Assembly (NCBI GenBank): GCA_964057225.1
Contig: OZ059896.1
Span: 6,014,001-6,078,000 of the forward strand
Length of the DNA: 64,000 bases
Source of the DNA: Auanema rhodensis
Taxonomy: Eukaryota; Animalia; Nematoda
Direction of reading: 5' to 3'
Shown here piece by piece: positions 39,501 to 55,291 of the stretch. A program made the position numbers and the translations under genes. The notes below the pieces were generated by a model that was not told where the DNA came from, did not search any database, and saw only the letters and a list, made by a program, of their open reading frames with translations. Each line of letters opens with the position of its first letter. The first letter of the stretch is position 1.

Positions 39501-42500
39501 ATTGGTGCATGGTAACCATGACTTTGAAATTTACGTGAACTTTAATTTATGCTAATTAAATGTACATGTGATGTGCACCTGGTATGTAACTCGCTTCACG
39601 TGAAAGATAAAAAGATGCGGTTATCAAAATTAGATTCCCCATGTCCATATTAGTCTAAAAACAAATTTTTATTCATATTGGTGCATGGTAACCATGACTT
39701 TGAAATTTACGTGAACTTTAATTTATGCTAATTAAATGTACACGTGATGTGCACTTGGTATGTAACTCGCTTCACGTGAAAGATAAAGAGATGCTGTTTT
39801 TAAAATTAGATTCCCCATGTCCATATTAGTCTAAAAACAAATTTTTATTGATATTGGTGCATGGTAACCATGACTTTGAAATTTACGTGAACTTTAATTT
39901 ATGCTAATTAAATATACACGTGATGTGCACTTGGTATGTAACTTGCTTCACGTGAAAGATAAAGAGATGCGGTTTTCAAAATTAGATTCCCCATGTCCAT
40001 ATTAGTCTAAAAACAAATTTTTATTGATATTGGTGCATGGTAACCATGACTTTGAAATTTACGTGAACTTTAATTTATGCTAATTAAATGTACACTTGAT
40101 GTGCACTTGATATGTAACTCGCTTCACGTGAAAGATAAAAAGATGCGGTTTTCAAAATTAGATTCCCCATGTCCATATTAGTCTAAAAACAAATTTTAAT
40201 TCATATTGGTGCATGGTAACCATGACTTTGAAATTTACGTGAACTTTAATTTATGCTAATTAAATGTACATGTGATGTGCACCTGGTATGTAACTCGCTT
40301 CACGTGAAAGATAAAAAGATGCGGTTATCAAAATTAGATTCCCCATGTCCATATTAGTCTAAAAACAAATTTTTATTCATATTGGTGCATGGTAACCATA
40401 ACTTTGAAATTTACGTGAACTTTAATTTATGCTAATTAAATATACACGTGATGTGCACTTGGTATGTAACTCGCTTCACGTGAAAGATAAAGAGATGCGG
40501 TTTTCAAAATTAGATTCCCCATGTCCATATTAGTCTAAAAACGAATTTTTATTGATATTAGTGCATGGTAACCATGACTTTGAAATTTACGTGAACTTTA
40601 ATTTATGCTAATTAAATGTACACGTGATGTGCCCTTGGTATGTAACTCGCTTTACGTGAAAGATAAAGAGATGCGGTTTTCAAAATTAGATTCCCCATGT
40701 CCATATTAGTTTAAAAACAAATTTTTATTGATATTGGTGCATGGTAACCATAACTTTGAAATTTACGTGTACTTTAATTTATGCTAATTAAATGTACACT
40801 TGATGTGCACTTGATATGTAACTCGCTTCACGTGAAAGATAAAAAGATGCGGTTTTCAAAATTAGATTCCCCATGTCCATATTAGTCTAAAAACAAATTT
40901 TAATTCATATTGGTGCATGGTAACCATGACTTTGAAATTTACGTGAACTTTAATTTATGCTAATTAAATGTACATGTGATGTGCACCTGGTATGTAACTC
41001 GCTTCACGTGAAAGATAAAAAGATGCGGTTATCAAAATTAGATTCCCCATGTCCATATTAGTCTAAAAACAAATTTTTATTCATATTGGTGCATGGTAAC
41101 CATGACTTTGAAATTTACGTGAACTTTAATTTATGCTAATTAAATGTACACGTGATGTGCACTTGGTATGTAACTCGCTTCACGTGAAAGATAAAGAGAT
41201 GCTGTTTTTAAAATTAGATTCCCCATGTCCATATTAGTCTAAAAACAAATTTTTATTGATATTGGTGCATGGTAACCATGACTTTGAAATTTACGTGAAC
41301 TTTAATTTATGCTAATTAAATATACACGTGATGTGCACTTGATATGTAACTCGCTTCACGTGAAAGATAAAGAGATGCGGTTTTCAAAATTAGATTCCCC
41401 ATGTCCATATTAGTCTAAAAACGAATTTTTATTCATATTGGTGCTTGGTAACCATGACTTTGAAATTTACGTGAACTTTAATTTATGATAATTAAATATA
41501 AACGTGATGTGCACTTGGTATGTAACTCGCTTCACGTGGAAAATAAAGAGATGCGGTTTTCAAAATTAGATTCCCCATGTCCATATTAGTCTAAAAACAA
41601 ATTTTTATTGATATTGGTGCATGGTAACCATGACTTTGAAATTTACGTGTACTTTAATTTATGCTAATTAAATGTACACGTGATGTGCACTTGGTATGTA
41701 ACTCGCTTCACGTGAAAGATAAAGAGATGCGGTTTTCAAAATTAGATTCCCCATTTCCATATTAGTCTAAAAACAAATTTTTATTGATATTGGTGCATGG
41801 TAACCATGACTTTGAATATTACGTGAACTTTAATTTATGCTAATTAAATGTACACGTGATGTGCACTTGGTATGTAACTTGCTTCACGTGAAAGATAAAG
41901 AGATGCGGTTTTCAAAATTAGATTCCCCATGTCCATATTAGTCTAAAAACAAATTTTTATTGATATTGGTGCATGGTAACCATGACTTTGAAATTCACGT
42001 GAACTTTAATTTATGCTAATTAAATGTAAACGTGATGTGCACTTGGTATGTAACTCGCTTCACGTGAAAGATAAAGAGATGCGGTTTTCAAAATTAGATT
42101 TCTCATGTCCATATTAGTCTTAAAACAAATTTTTATTGATATTGGTGCATGGTAACCATGACTTTGAAATTTACGTGAACTTTAATTTATGCTAATTAAA
42201 TGTACACGTGATGTGCCCTTGGTATGTAACTCGCTTTACGTGAAAGATAAAAAGATGCGGTTTTCAAAATTAGATTCCCCATGTCCATATTAGTCTAAAA
42301 ACAAATTTTAATTCATATTGGTGCATGGTAACCATGACTTTGAAATTTACGTGAACTTTAATTTATGCTAATTAATTGTACACTTGATGTGCACTTGATA
42401 TGTAACTCGCTTCACGTGAAAGATAAAAAGATGCGGTTTTCAAAATTAGATTCCCCATGTCCATATTAGTCTAAAAACAAATTTTAATTCATATTGGTTC

Positions 42501-42514
42501 ATGGTAACCATGAC

Positions 42515-42661
42515 TTTGAAATTTACGTGAACGATGTGCACTTGGTATGTAACTTGCTTCACGTGAAAGATAAAGAGATGCGGTTTTCAAAATTAGATTC
42601 CCCATGTCCATATTAGTCTAAAAACAAATTTTTGTTGATATTGGTGCATGGTAACCATGAC
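42515..42661. repeat. 147-bp satellite monomer (29-bp deletion)
   Basis: Junction ACGTGAAC|GATGTGCAC at 42532/42533. Monomer starts at 42515 and 42662 are 147 bp apart. Confidence 0.92.
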
Positions 42662-45600
42662 TTTGAAATTTACGTGAACTTTAATTTATGCTAATTAAAT
42701 GTAAACGTGATGTGCACTTGGTATGTAACTCGCTTCACGTGAAAGATAAAGAGATGCGGTTTTCAAAATTAGATTTCTCATGTCCATATTAGTCTTAAAA
42801 CAAATTTTTATTGATATTGGTGCATGGTAACCATGACTTTGAAATTTACGTGAACTTTAATTTATGCTAATTAAATGTACACGTGATGTGCCCTTGGTAT
42901 GTAACTCGCTTTACGTGAAAGATAAAAAGATGCGGTTTTCAAAATTAGATTCCCCATGTCCATATTAGTCTAAAAACAATTTTTTATTAATATTGGTGCA
43001 TGGTAACCATGACTTTGAAATTTACGTGAACTTTAATTTATGCTAATTAAATGTACACTTGATGTGCACTTGGTATGTAACTCGCTTCACGTGAAAGATA
43101 AAAAGATGCGGTTTTCAAAATTAGATTCCCCATGTCCATATTAGTCTAAAAACAAATTTTAATTCATATTGGTGCATGGTAACCATGACTTTGAAATTTA
43201 CGTGAACTTTAATTTATGCTAATTAAATGTACACGTGATGTGCACTTGGTATGTAACTCGCTTTACGTGAAAGATAAAGAGATGCGGTTTTCAAAATTAG
43301 ATTCCCCATGTCCATATTAGTCTAAAAACAAATTTTTATTAATATTGGTGCATGGTAACCATGACTTTGAAATTTACGTGAACTTTAATTTATGCTAATT
43401 AATTGTACACTTGATGTGCACTTGATATGTAACTCGCTTCACGTGAAAGATAAAAAGATGCGGTTTTCAAAATTAGATTCCCCATGTCCATATTAGTCTA
43501 AAAACAAATTTTAATTCATATTGGTGCATGGTAACCATGACTTTGAAATTTACGTGAACTTTAATTTATGCTAATTAAATGTACACGTGATGTGCCCTTG
43601 GTATGTAACTCGCTTTACGTGAAAGATAAAAAGATGCGGTTTTCAAAATTAGATTCCCCATGTCCATATTAGTCTAAAAACAAATTTTTATTAATATTGG
43701 TGCATGGTAACCATGACTTTGAAATTTACGTGAACTTTAATTTATGCTAATTAAATGTACACTTGATGTGCACTTGGTATGTAACTCGCTTCACGTGAAA
43801 GATAAAAAGATGCGGTTTTCAAAATTAGATTCCCCATGTCCATATTAGTCTAAAAACAAATTTTAATTCATATTGGTGCATGGTAACCATGACTTTGAAA
43901 TTTACGTGAACTTTAATTTATGCTAATTAAATGTACACGTGATGTGCACTTGGTATGTAACTCGCTTTACGTGAAAGATAAAGAGATGCGGTTTTCAAAA
44001 TTAGATTCCCCATGTCCATATTAGTCTAAAAACAAATTTTTATTAATATTGGTGCATGGTAACCATGACTTTGAAATTTACGTGAACTTTAATTTATGCT
44101 AATTAATTGTACACTTGATGTGCACTTGATATGTAACTCGCTTCACGTGAAAGATAAAAAGATGCGGTTTTCAAAATTAGATTCCCCATGTCCATATTAG
44201 TCTAAAAACAAATTTTAATTCATATTGGTGCATGGTAACCATGACTTTGAAATTTACGTGAACTTTAATTTATGCTAATTAAATGTACACGTGATGTGCA
44301 CTTGGTATGTAACTCGCTTTACGTGAAAGATAAAGAGATGCGGTTTTCAAAATTAGATTCCCCATGTCCATATTAGTCTAAAAACAAATTTTAATTCATA
44401 TTGGTGCATGGTAACCATGACTTTGAAATTTACGTGAACTTTAATTTATGCTAATTAAATGTACACTTGATGTGCACTTGGTATGTAACTCGCTTCACGT
44501 GAAAGATAAAAAGATGCGGTTTTCAAAATTAGATTCCCCATGTCCATATTAGTCTAAAAACAAATTTTAATTCATATTGGTGCATGGTAACCATGACTTT
44601 GAAATTTACGTGAACTTTAATTTATGCTAATTAAATGTACACGTGATGTGCCCTTGGTATGTAACTCGCTTTACGTGAAAGATAAAGAGATGCGGTTTTC
44701 AAAATTAGATTCCCCATGTCCATATTAGTCTAAAAACAAATTTTTATTGATATTGGTGCATGGTAACCATGACTTTGAATATTACGTGAACTTTAATTTA
44801 TGCTAATTAAATGTACACGTGATGTGCACTTGGTATGTAACTTGCTTCACGTGAAAGATAAAGAGATGCGGTTTTCAAAATTAGATTCCCCATGTCCATA
44901 TTAGTCTAAAAACAAATTTTTATTAATATTGGTGCATGGTAACCATGACTTTGAAATTTACGTGAACTTTAATTTATGCTAATTAATTGTACACTTGATG
45001 TGCACTTGATATGTAACTCGCTTCACGTGAAAGATAAAAAGATGCGGTTTTCAAAATTAGATTCCCCATGTCCATATTAGTCTAAAAACAAATTTTAATT
45101 CATATTGGTGCATGGTAACCATGACTTTGAAATTTACGTGAACTTTAATTTATGCTAATGAAATGTACACGTGATGTGCACTTGGTATGTAACTCGCTTC
45201 ACGTGAAAGAAAAAAAGATAAGGTTTTTAAAATTAGATTCCCCATGTCCATATTAGTCTAAAAACAAATTTTAATTCATATTGGTGCATGGTAACCATGA
45301 CTTTGAAATTTACGTGAACTTTAATTTATGCTAATTAAATGTACATGTGATGTGCACCTGGTATGTAACTCGCTTCACGTGAAAGATAAAAAGATGCGGT
45401 TTTCAAAATTAGATTCCCCATGTCCATATTAGTCTAAAAACAAATTTTTATTGATATTGGTGCATGGTAACCATGACTTTGAAATTTACGTGAACATTAA
45501 TTTATGCTAATTAAATATACACGTGATGTGCACTTGGTATGTAACTCGCTTCACGTGAAAGATAAAGAGATGCGGTTTTCAAAATTAGATTCCCCATGTC

Positions 45601-48600
45601 CATATTAGTCTAAAAACGAATTTTTATTGATATTGGTGCATGGTAACCATGATTTTGAAATTTACGTGAACTTTAATTTATGCTAATTAAATGTACATGT
45701 GATGTGCACTTGGTATGTAACTCGCTTCACGTGAAAGATAAAGAGATGCGGTTTTCAAAATTAGATTCCCCATGTCCATATTAGTCTAAAAACGAATTTT
45801 TATTGATATTGGTGCATGGTAACCATGATTTTGAAATTTACGTGAACTTTAATTTATGCTAATTAAATGTACATGTGATGTGCACCTGGTATGTAACTCG
45901 CTTCACGTGAAAGACAAAAAAATAAGGTTTTCAAAATTAGATTCCCCATGTCCATATTAGTCTAAAAACGAATTTTTATTCATATTGGTGCTTGGTAACC
46001 ATGACTTTGAAATTTACGTGAACTTTAATTTATGCTAATTAAATATAAACGTGATGTGCACTTGGTATGTAACTCGCTTCACGCGGAAAATGAAGAGATG
46101 CGGTTTTCAAAATTAGATTCCCCATGTCCATATTAGTCTAAAAACAAATTTTTATTGATATTGGTGCATGGTAACCATGACTTTGAAATTTACGTGAACT
46201 TTAATTTATGCTAATTAAATGTACACTTGATGTGCACTTGATATGTAACTCGCTTCACGTGAAAGATAAAAAGATGCGGTTTTCAAAATTAGATTCCCCA
46301 TGTCCATATTAGTCTAAAAACAAATTTTAATTCATATTGGTGCATGGTAACCATGACTTTGAAATTTACGTGAACTTTAATTTATGCTAATTAAATGTAC
46401 ATGTGGTGTGCACCTGGTATGTAACTCGCTTCACGTGAAAGATAAAAAGATGCGGTTTTTAAAATTAGATTCCCCATGTCCATATTAGTCGAAAAACAAA
46501 TTTTTATTCATATTGGTGCATGGTAACCATGACTTTGAAATTTACGTGAACTTTAATTTATGCTAATTAAATGTACACGTGATGTGCACTTGGTATGTAA
46601 CTCGCTTCACGTGAAAGATAAAGAGATGCTGTTTTTAAAATTAGATTCCCCATGTCCATATTAGTCTAAAAACAAATTTTTATTGATATTGGTGCATGGT
46701 AACCATGACTTTGAAATTTACGTGAACATTAATTTATGCTAATTAAATATACACGTGATGTGCACTTGGTATGTAACTCGCTTCACGTGAAAGATAAAGA
46801 GATGCGGTTTTCAAAATTAGATTCCCCATGTCCATATTAGTCTAAAAACGAATTTTTATTGATATTGGTGCATGGTAACCATGATTTTGAAATTTACGTG
46901 AACTTTAATTTATGCTAATTAAATGTACATGTGATGTGCACTTGGTATGTAACTCGCTTCACGCGGAAAATAAAGAGATGCGGTTTTCAAAATTAGATTC
47001 CCCATGTCCATATTAGTCTAAAAACAAATTTTTATTGATATTGGTGCATGGTAACCATGACTTTGAAATTTACGTGAACTTTAATTTATGCTAATTAAAT
47101 GTACACGTGATGTGCACTTGGTATGTCACTCGCTTCACGTGAAAGATGAAGAGATGCGGTTTTCAAAATTAGATTCCCCATGTCCATATTAGTCTAAAAA
47201 CAAATTTTTATTGATATTGGTGCATGGTAACCATGACTTTGAAATTTACGTGTACTTTAATTTATGCTAATTAAACGTACACGTGATGTGCACTTGGTAT
47301 GTAACTCGCTTCACGTGAAAGATAAAGAGATGCGGTTTTCAAAATTAGATTCCCCATGTCCATAATAGTCTAAAAACAAATTTTTATTGATATTGGTTCA
47401 TGGTAACCATGACTTTGAAATTTACGTGAACTTTAATTTATGCTAATTAAATGTACACGTGATGTGCACTTGGTATGTAACTCGCTTCACGTGAAAGATA
47501 AAGAGATGCGGTTTTCAAAATTAGATTCCCCATTTCCATATTAGTCTAAAAACAAATTTTTATTGATATTGGTGCATGGTAACCATGACTTTGAAATTTA
47601 CGTGAACTTTAATTTATGCTAATTAAATGTGCACGTGTTGTGCACTTGGTATGTAACTCGCTTCACGTGAAAGATAAAGAGATGCGGTTTTCAAAATTAG
47701 ATTTCTCATGTCCATATTAGTCTTAAAACAAATTTTTATTGATATTGGTGCATGGTAACCATGACTTTGAAATTTACGTGAACTTTAATTTATGCTAATT
47801 AAATGTACACGTGATGTGCACTTGGTATGTCACTCGCTTCACGTGAAAGATGAAGAGATGCGGTTTTCAAAATTAGATTCCCCATGTCCATATTAATCTA
47901 AAAACAAATTTTTATTGATATTGGTGCATGTTAACCATGACTTTAAAATTTACGTGTACTTTAATTTATGCTAATTAAATGTACACGTGATGTGCACTTG
48001 GTATGTAACTCGCTTCACGTGAAAGATAAAGAGATGCGGTTTTCAAAATTAGATTCCCCATGTCCATATTAGTCTAAAAACAAATTTTTATTGATATTGG
48101 TGCATGGTAACCATGACTTTGAAATTTACGTGAACTTTAATTTATGCTAATTAAATGTACACGTGATGTGCACTTGGTATGTCACTCGCTTCACGTGAAA
48201 GATGAAGAGATGCGGTTTTCAAAATTAGATTCCCCATGTCCATATTAGTCTAAAAACAAATTTTTATTGATATTGGTGCATGGTAACCATGACTTTGAAA
48301 TTTACGTGTACTTTAATTTATGCTAATTAAACGTACACGTGATGTGCACTTGGTATGTAACTCGCTTCACGTGAAATATAAAGAGATGCGGTTTTCAAAA
48401 TTAGATTCCCCATGTCCATATTAGTCTAAAAACAAATTTTTATTGATATTGGTTCATGGTAACCATGACTTTGAAATTTACGTGAACTTTAATTTATGCT
48501 AATTAAAAGTACACGTGATGTGCACTTGGTATGTAACTCGCTTCACGTGAAAGATAAAGAGATGCGGTTTTCACAATTAGATTCCCCATGTCCATATTAG

Positions 48601-48645
48601 TCTAAAAACAAATTTTTATTGATATTGGTGCATGGTAACCATGAC

Positions 48646-48800
48646 TTTGAAATTTACGTGAACTTTAATTTATGCTAATTAAATGTACACGTGATGTGCA
48701 CTTGGTATGTAACTCGCTTCAGTTTTCAAAATTAGATTCCCCATGTCCATATCAGTCTAAAAACAAATTTTTATTGATATTGGTGCATGGTAACCATGAC
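48646..48800. repeat. 155-bp satellite monomer (21-bp deletion), copy 1
   Basis: Junction CGCTTCA|GTTTTCAAAA at 48721/48722. Confidence 0.92.
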
Positions 48801-51800
48801 TTTGAAATTTACGTGAACTTTAATTTATGCTAATTAAATGTACACGTGATGTGCACTTGGTATGTAACTCGCTTCACGTGACAGATAAAGAGATGCGGTT
48901 TTCAAAATCAGATTCCCCATGTCCATATTAGTCTAAAAACAAATTTTTATTGATATTGGTGCATGGTAACCATGACTTTGAAATTTACGTGAACTTTAAT
49001 TTATGCTAATTAAATGTACATGTGATGTGCACCTGGTATGTAACTCGCTTCACGTGAAAGATAAAAAGATGCGGTTTTCAAAATTAGATTCCCCATGTCC
49101 ATATTAGTCTAAAAACAAATTTTTATTCATATTGGTGCTTGGTAACCATGACTTTGAAATTTACGTGAACTTTAATTTATGCTAATTAAATATAAACGTG
49201 ATGTGCACTTGGTATGTAACTCGCTTCACGTGGAAAATAAAGAGATGCGGTTTTCAAAATTAGATTCCCCATTTCCATATTAGTCTAAAAACAAATTTTT
49301 ATTGATATTGGTGCATGGTAACCATGACTTTGAAATTTACGTGAACTTTAATTTATGCTAATTAAATGTACACGTGATGTGCACTTGGTATGTCACTCGC
49401 TTCACGTGAAAGATGAAGAGATGCGGTTTTCAAAATTAGATTCCCCATGTCCATATTAGTCTAAAAACAAATTTTTATTGATATTGGTGCATGGTAACCA
49501 TGACTTTGAAATTTACGTGTACTTTAATTTATGCTAATTAAATGTACACGTGATGTGCACTTGGTATGTAACTCGCTTCACGTGAAAGATAAAGAGATGC
49601 GGTTTTCAAAATTAGATTCCCCATGTCCATATTAGTCTAAAAACAAATTTTTATTGATATTGGTGCATGGTAACCATGACTTTGAATATTACGTGAACTT
49701 TAATTTATGCTAATTAAATGTACACGTGATGTGCACTTGGTATGTAACTTGCTTCACGTGAAAGATAAAGAGATGCGGTTTTCAAAATTAGATTCCCCAT
49801 GTCCATATTAGTCTAAAAACAAATTTTTATTCATATTGGTGCATGGTAACCATGACTTTGAAATTTACGTGAACTTTAATTTATGCTAATTAAATGTAGA
49901 CGTGATGTGCACTTGGTATGTAACTCGCTTCACGTGAAAGATAAAGAGATGCTGTTTTTAAAATTAGATTCCCCATGTCCATATTAGTCTAAAAACAAAT
50001 TTTTATTGATATTGGTGCATGGTAACCATGACTTTGAAATTTACGTGAACATTAATTTATGCTAATTAAATATACACGTGATGTGCACTTGGTATGTAAC
50101 TCGCTTCACGTGAAAGATAAAGAGATGCTGTTTTTAAAATTAGATTCCCCATGTCCATATTAGTCTAAAAACAAATTTTTATTCATATTGGTGCATGGTA
50201 ACCATGACTTTGAAATTTACGTGAACTTTAATTTATGCTAATTAAATGTACACGTGATGTGCACTTGGTATGTAACTCGCTTCACGTGAAAGATAAAGAG
50301 ATGCTGTTTTTAAAATTAGATTCCCCATGTCCATATTAGTCTAAAAACGAATTTTTATTGATATTGGTGCATGGTAACCATGATTTTGAAATTTACGTGA
50401 ACTTTAATTTATGCTAATTAAATGTACATGTGATGTGCACCTGGTATGTAACTCGCTTCACGTGAAAGACAAAAAAATAAGGTTTTCAAAATTAGATTCC
50501 CCATGTCCATATTAGTCTAAAAACGAATTTTTATTCATATTGGTGCTTGGTAACCATGACTTTGAAATTTACGTGAACTTTAATTTATGCTAATTAAATA
50601 TAAACGTGATGTGCACTTGGTATGTAACTCGCTTCACGCGGAAAATGAAGAGATGCGGTTTTCAAAATTAGATTCCCCATGTCCATATTAGTCTAAAAAC
50701 AAATTTTTATTGATATTGGTGCATGGTAACCATGACTTTGAAATTTACGTGAACTTTAATTTATGCTAATTAAATGTACACGTGATGTGCACTTGATATG
50801 TAACTCGCTTCACGTGAAAGATAAAAAGATGCGGTTTTCAAAATTAGATTCCCCATGTCCATATTAGTCTAAAAACAAATTTTAATTCATATTGGTGCAT
50901 GGTAACCATGACTTTGAAATTTACGTGAACTTTAATTTATGCTAATTAAATGTACATGTGGTGTGCACCTGGTATGTAACTCGCTTCACGTGAAAGATAA
51001 AAAGATGCGGTTTTCAAAATTAGATTCCCCATGTCCATATTAGTCGAAAAACAAATTTTTATTCATATTGGTGCATGGTAACCATGACTTTGAAATTTAC
51101 GTGAACTTTAATTTATGCTAATTAAATGTACACGTGATGTGCACTTGATATGTAACTCGCTTCACGTGAAAGATAAAAAGATGCGGTTTTCAAAATTAGA
51201 TTCCCCATGTCCATATTAGTCTAAAAACAAATTTTAATTCATATTGGTGCATGGTAACCATGACTTTGAAATTTACGTGAACTTTAATTTATGCTAATTA
51301 AATGTACATGTGGTGTGCACCTGGTATGTAACTCGCTTCACGTGAAAGATAAAAAGATGCGGTTTTCAAAATTAGATTCCCCATGTCCATATTAGTCGAA
51401 AAACAAATTTTTATTCATATTGGTGCATGGTAACCATGACTTTGAAATTTACGTGAACTTTAATTTATGCTAATTAAATGTACACGTGATGTGCACTTGG
51501 TATGTAACTCGCTTCACGTGAAAGATAAAGAGATGCTGTTTTTAAAATTAGATTCCCCATGTCCATATTAGTCTAAAAACAAATTTTTATTGATATTGGT
51601 GCATGGTAACCATGACTTTGAAATTTACGTGAACATTAATTTATGCTAATTAAATATACACGTGATGTGCACTTGGTATGTAACTCGCTTCACGTGAAAG
51701 ATAAAGAGATGCGGTTTTCAAAATTAGATTCCCCATGTCCATATTAGTCTAAAAACGAATTTTTATTGATATTGGTGCATGGTAACCATGATTTTGAAAT

Positions 51801-54800
51801 TTACGTGAACTTTAATTTATGCTAATTAAATGTACATGTGATGTGCACTTGGTATGTAACTCGCTTCACGTGAAAGATAAAGAGATGCGGTTTTCAAAAT
51901 TAGATTCCCCATGTCCATATTAGTCTAAAAACGAATTTTTATTGATATTGGTGCATGGTAACCATGATTTTGAAATTTACGTGAACTTTAATTTATGCTA
52001 ATTAAATGTACATGTGATGTGCACCTGGTATGTAACTCGCTTCACGTGAAAGACAAAAAAATAAGGTTTTCAAAATTAGATTCCCCATGTCCATATTAGT
52101 CTAAAAACGAATTTTTATTCATATTGGTGCTTGGTAACCATGACTTTGAAATTTACGTGAACTTTAATTTATGCTAATTAAATATAAACGTGATGTGCAC
52201 TTGGTATGTAACTCGCTTCACGCGGAAAATAAAGAGATGCGGTTTTCAAAATTAGATTCCCCATGTCCATATTAGTCTAAAAACAAATTTTTATTGATAT
52301 TGGTGCATGGTAACCATGACTTTGAAATTTACGTGAACTTTAATTTATGCTAATTAAATGTACACGTGATGTGCACTTGGTATGTCACTCGCTTCACGTG
52401 AAAGATGAAGAGATGCGGTTTTCAAAATTAGATTCCCCATGTCCAAATTAGTCTAAAAACAAATTTTTATTGATATTGGTGCATGGTAACCATGACTTTG
52501 AAATTTACGGGTACTTTAATTTATGCTAATTAAACGTACACGTGATGTGCACTTGGTATGTAACTCGCTTCACGTGAAAGATAAAGAGATGCGGTTTTCA
52601 AAATTAGATTCCCCATGTCCATATTAGTCTAAAAACAAATTTTTATTGATATTGGTTCATGGTAACCATGACTTTGAAATTTACGTGAACTTTAATTTAT
52701 GCTAATTAAATGTACACGTGATGTGCACTTGGTATGTAACTCGCTTCACGTGAAAGATAAAGAGATGCGGTTTTCAAAATTAGATTCCCCATTTCCATAT
52801 TAGTCTAAAAACAAATTTTTATTGATATTGGTGCATGGTAACCATGACTTTGAAATTTACGTGAACTTTAATTTATGCTAATTAAATGTGCACGTGATGT
52901 GCACTTGGTATGTAACTCGCTTCACGTGAAAGATAAAGAGATGCGGTTTTCAAAATTAGATTTCTCATGTCCATATTAGTCTTAAAACAAATTTTTATTG
53001 ATATTGGTGCATGGTAACCATGACTTTGAAATTTACGTGAACTTTAATTTATGCTAATTAAATGTACACGTGATGTGCACTTGGTATGTCACTCGCTTCA
53101 CGTGAAAGATGAAGAGATGCGGTTTTCAAAATTAGATTCCCCATGTCCATATTAATCTAAAAACAAATTTTTATTGATATTGGTGCATGGTAACCATGAC
53201 TTTAAAATTTACGTGTACTTTAATTTATGCTAATTAAATGTACACGTGATGTGCACTTGGTATGTAACTCGCTTCACGTGAAAGATAAAGAGATGCGGTT
53301 TTCAAAATTAGATTCCCCATGTCCATATTAGTCTAAAAACAAATTTTTATTGATATTGGTGCATGGTAACCATGACTTTGAAATTTACGTGAACTTTAAT
53401 TTATGCTAATTAAATGTAGACGTGATGTGCACTTGGTATGTAACTCGCTTCACGTGAAAGATAAAGAGATGCGGTTTTCAAAATTAGATTCCCCATGTCC
53501 ATATTAGTCTAAAAACAAATTTTTATTGATATTGGTTCATGGTAACCATGACTTTGAAATTTACGTGAACTTTAATTTATGCTAATTAAATGTACACGTG
53601 ATGTGCACTTGGTATGTAACTCGCTTCACGTGAAAGATAAAGAGATGCGGTTTTCAAAATTAGATTCCCCATTTCCATATTAGTCTAAAAACAAATTTTT
53701 ATTGATATTGGTGCATGGTAACCATGACTTTGAAATTTACGTGAACTTTAATTTATGCTAATTAAATGTGCACGTGATGTGCACTTGGTATGTAACTCGC
53801 TTCACGTGAAAGATAAAGAGATGCGGTTTTCAAAATTAGATTTCTCATGTCCATATTAGTCTTAAAACAAATTTTTATTGATATTGGTGCATGGTAACCA
53901 TGACTTTGAAATTTACGTGAACTTTAATTTATGCTAATTAAATGTACACGTGATGTGCACTTGGTATGTCACTCGCTTCACGTGAAAGATGAAGAGATGC
54001 GGTTTTCAAAATTAGATTCCCCATGTCCATATTAATCTAAAAACAAATTTTTATTGATATTGGTGCATGGTAACCATGACTTTAAAATTTACGTGTACTT
54101 TAATTTATGCTAATTAAATGTACACGTGATGTGCACTTGGTATGTAACTCGCTTCACGTGAAAGATAAAGAGATGCGGTTTTCAAAATTAGATTCCCCAT
54201 GTCCATATTAGTCTAAAAACAAATTTTTATTGATATTGGTGCATGGTAACCATGACTTTGAAATTTACGTGAACTTTAATTTATGCTAATTAAATGTACA
54301 CGTGATGTGCACTTGGTATGTCACTCGCTTCACGTGAAAGATGAAGAGATGCGGTTTTCAAAATTAGATTCCCCATGTCCATATTAGTCTAAAAACAAAT
54401 TTTTATTGATATTGGTGCATGGTAACCATGACTTTGAAATTTACGTGTACTTTAATTTATGCTAATTAAACGTACACGTGATGTGCACTTGGTATGTAAC
54501 TCGCTTCACGTGAAAGATAAAGAGATGCGGTTTTCAAAATTAGATTCCCCATGTCCATATTAGTCTAAAAACAAATTTTTATTGATATTGGTTCATGGTA
54601 ACCATGACTTTGAAATTTACGTGAACTTTAATTTATGCTAATTAAATGTACACGTGATGTGCACTTGGTATGTAACTCGCTTCACGTGAAAGATAAAGAG
54701 ATGCGGTTTTCAAAATTAGATTCCCCATGTCCATATTAATCTAAAAACAAATTTTTATTGATATTGGTGCATGGTAACCATGACTTTAAAATTTACGTGT

Positions 54801-55136
54801 ACTTTAATTTATGCTAATTAAATGTACACGTGATGTGCACTTGGTATGTAACTCGCTTCACGTGAAAGATAAAGAGATGCGGTTTTCAAAATTAGAGTCC
54901 CCATTTCCATATTAGTCTAAAAACAAATTTTTATTGATATTGGTGCATGGTAACCATGACTTTGATATTTACGTGAACTTTAATTTATGCTAATTAAAAG
55001 TACACGTGATGTGCACTTGGTATGTAACTCGCTTCACGTGAAAGATAAAGAGATGCGGTTTTCACAATTAGATTCCCCATGTCCATATTAGTCTAAAAAC
55101 AAATTTTTATTGATATTGGTGCATGGTAACCATGAC

Positions 55137-55291
55137 TTTGAAATTTACGTGAACTTTAATTTATGCTAATTAAATGTACACGTGATGTGCACTTGGTATG
55201 TAACTCGCTTCAGTTTTCAAAATTAGATTCCCCATGTCCATATCAGTCTAAAAACAAATTTTTATTGATATTGGTGCATGGTAACCATGAC
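55137..55291. repeat. 155-bp satellite monomer (21-bp deletion), copy 2
   Basis: The same junction occurs at 55212/55213 with the same linked SNP (ATATCAGTCT). Confidence 0.92.
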
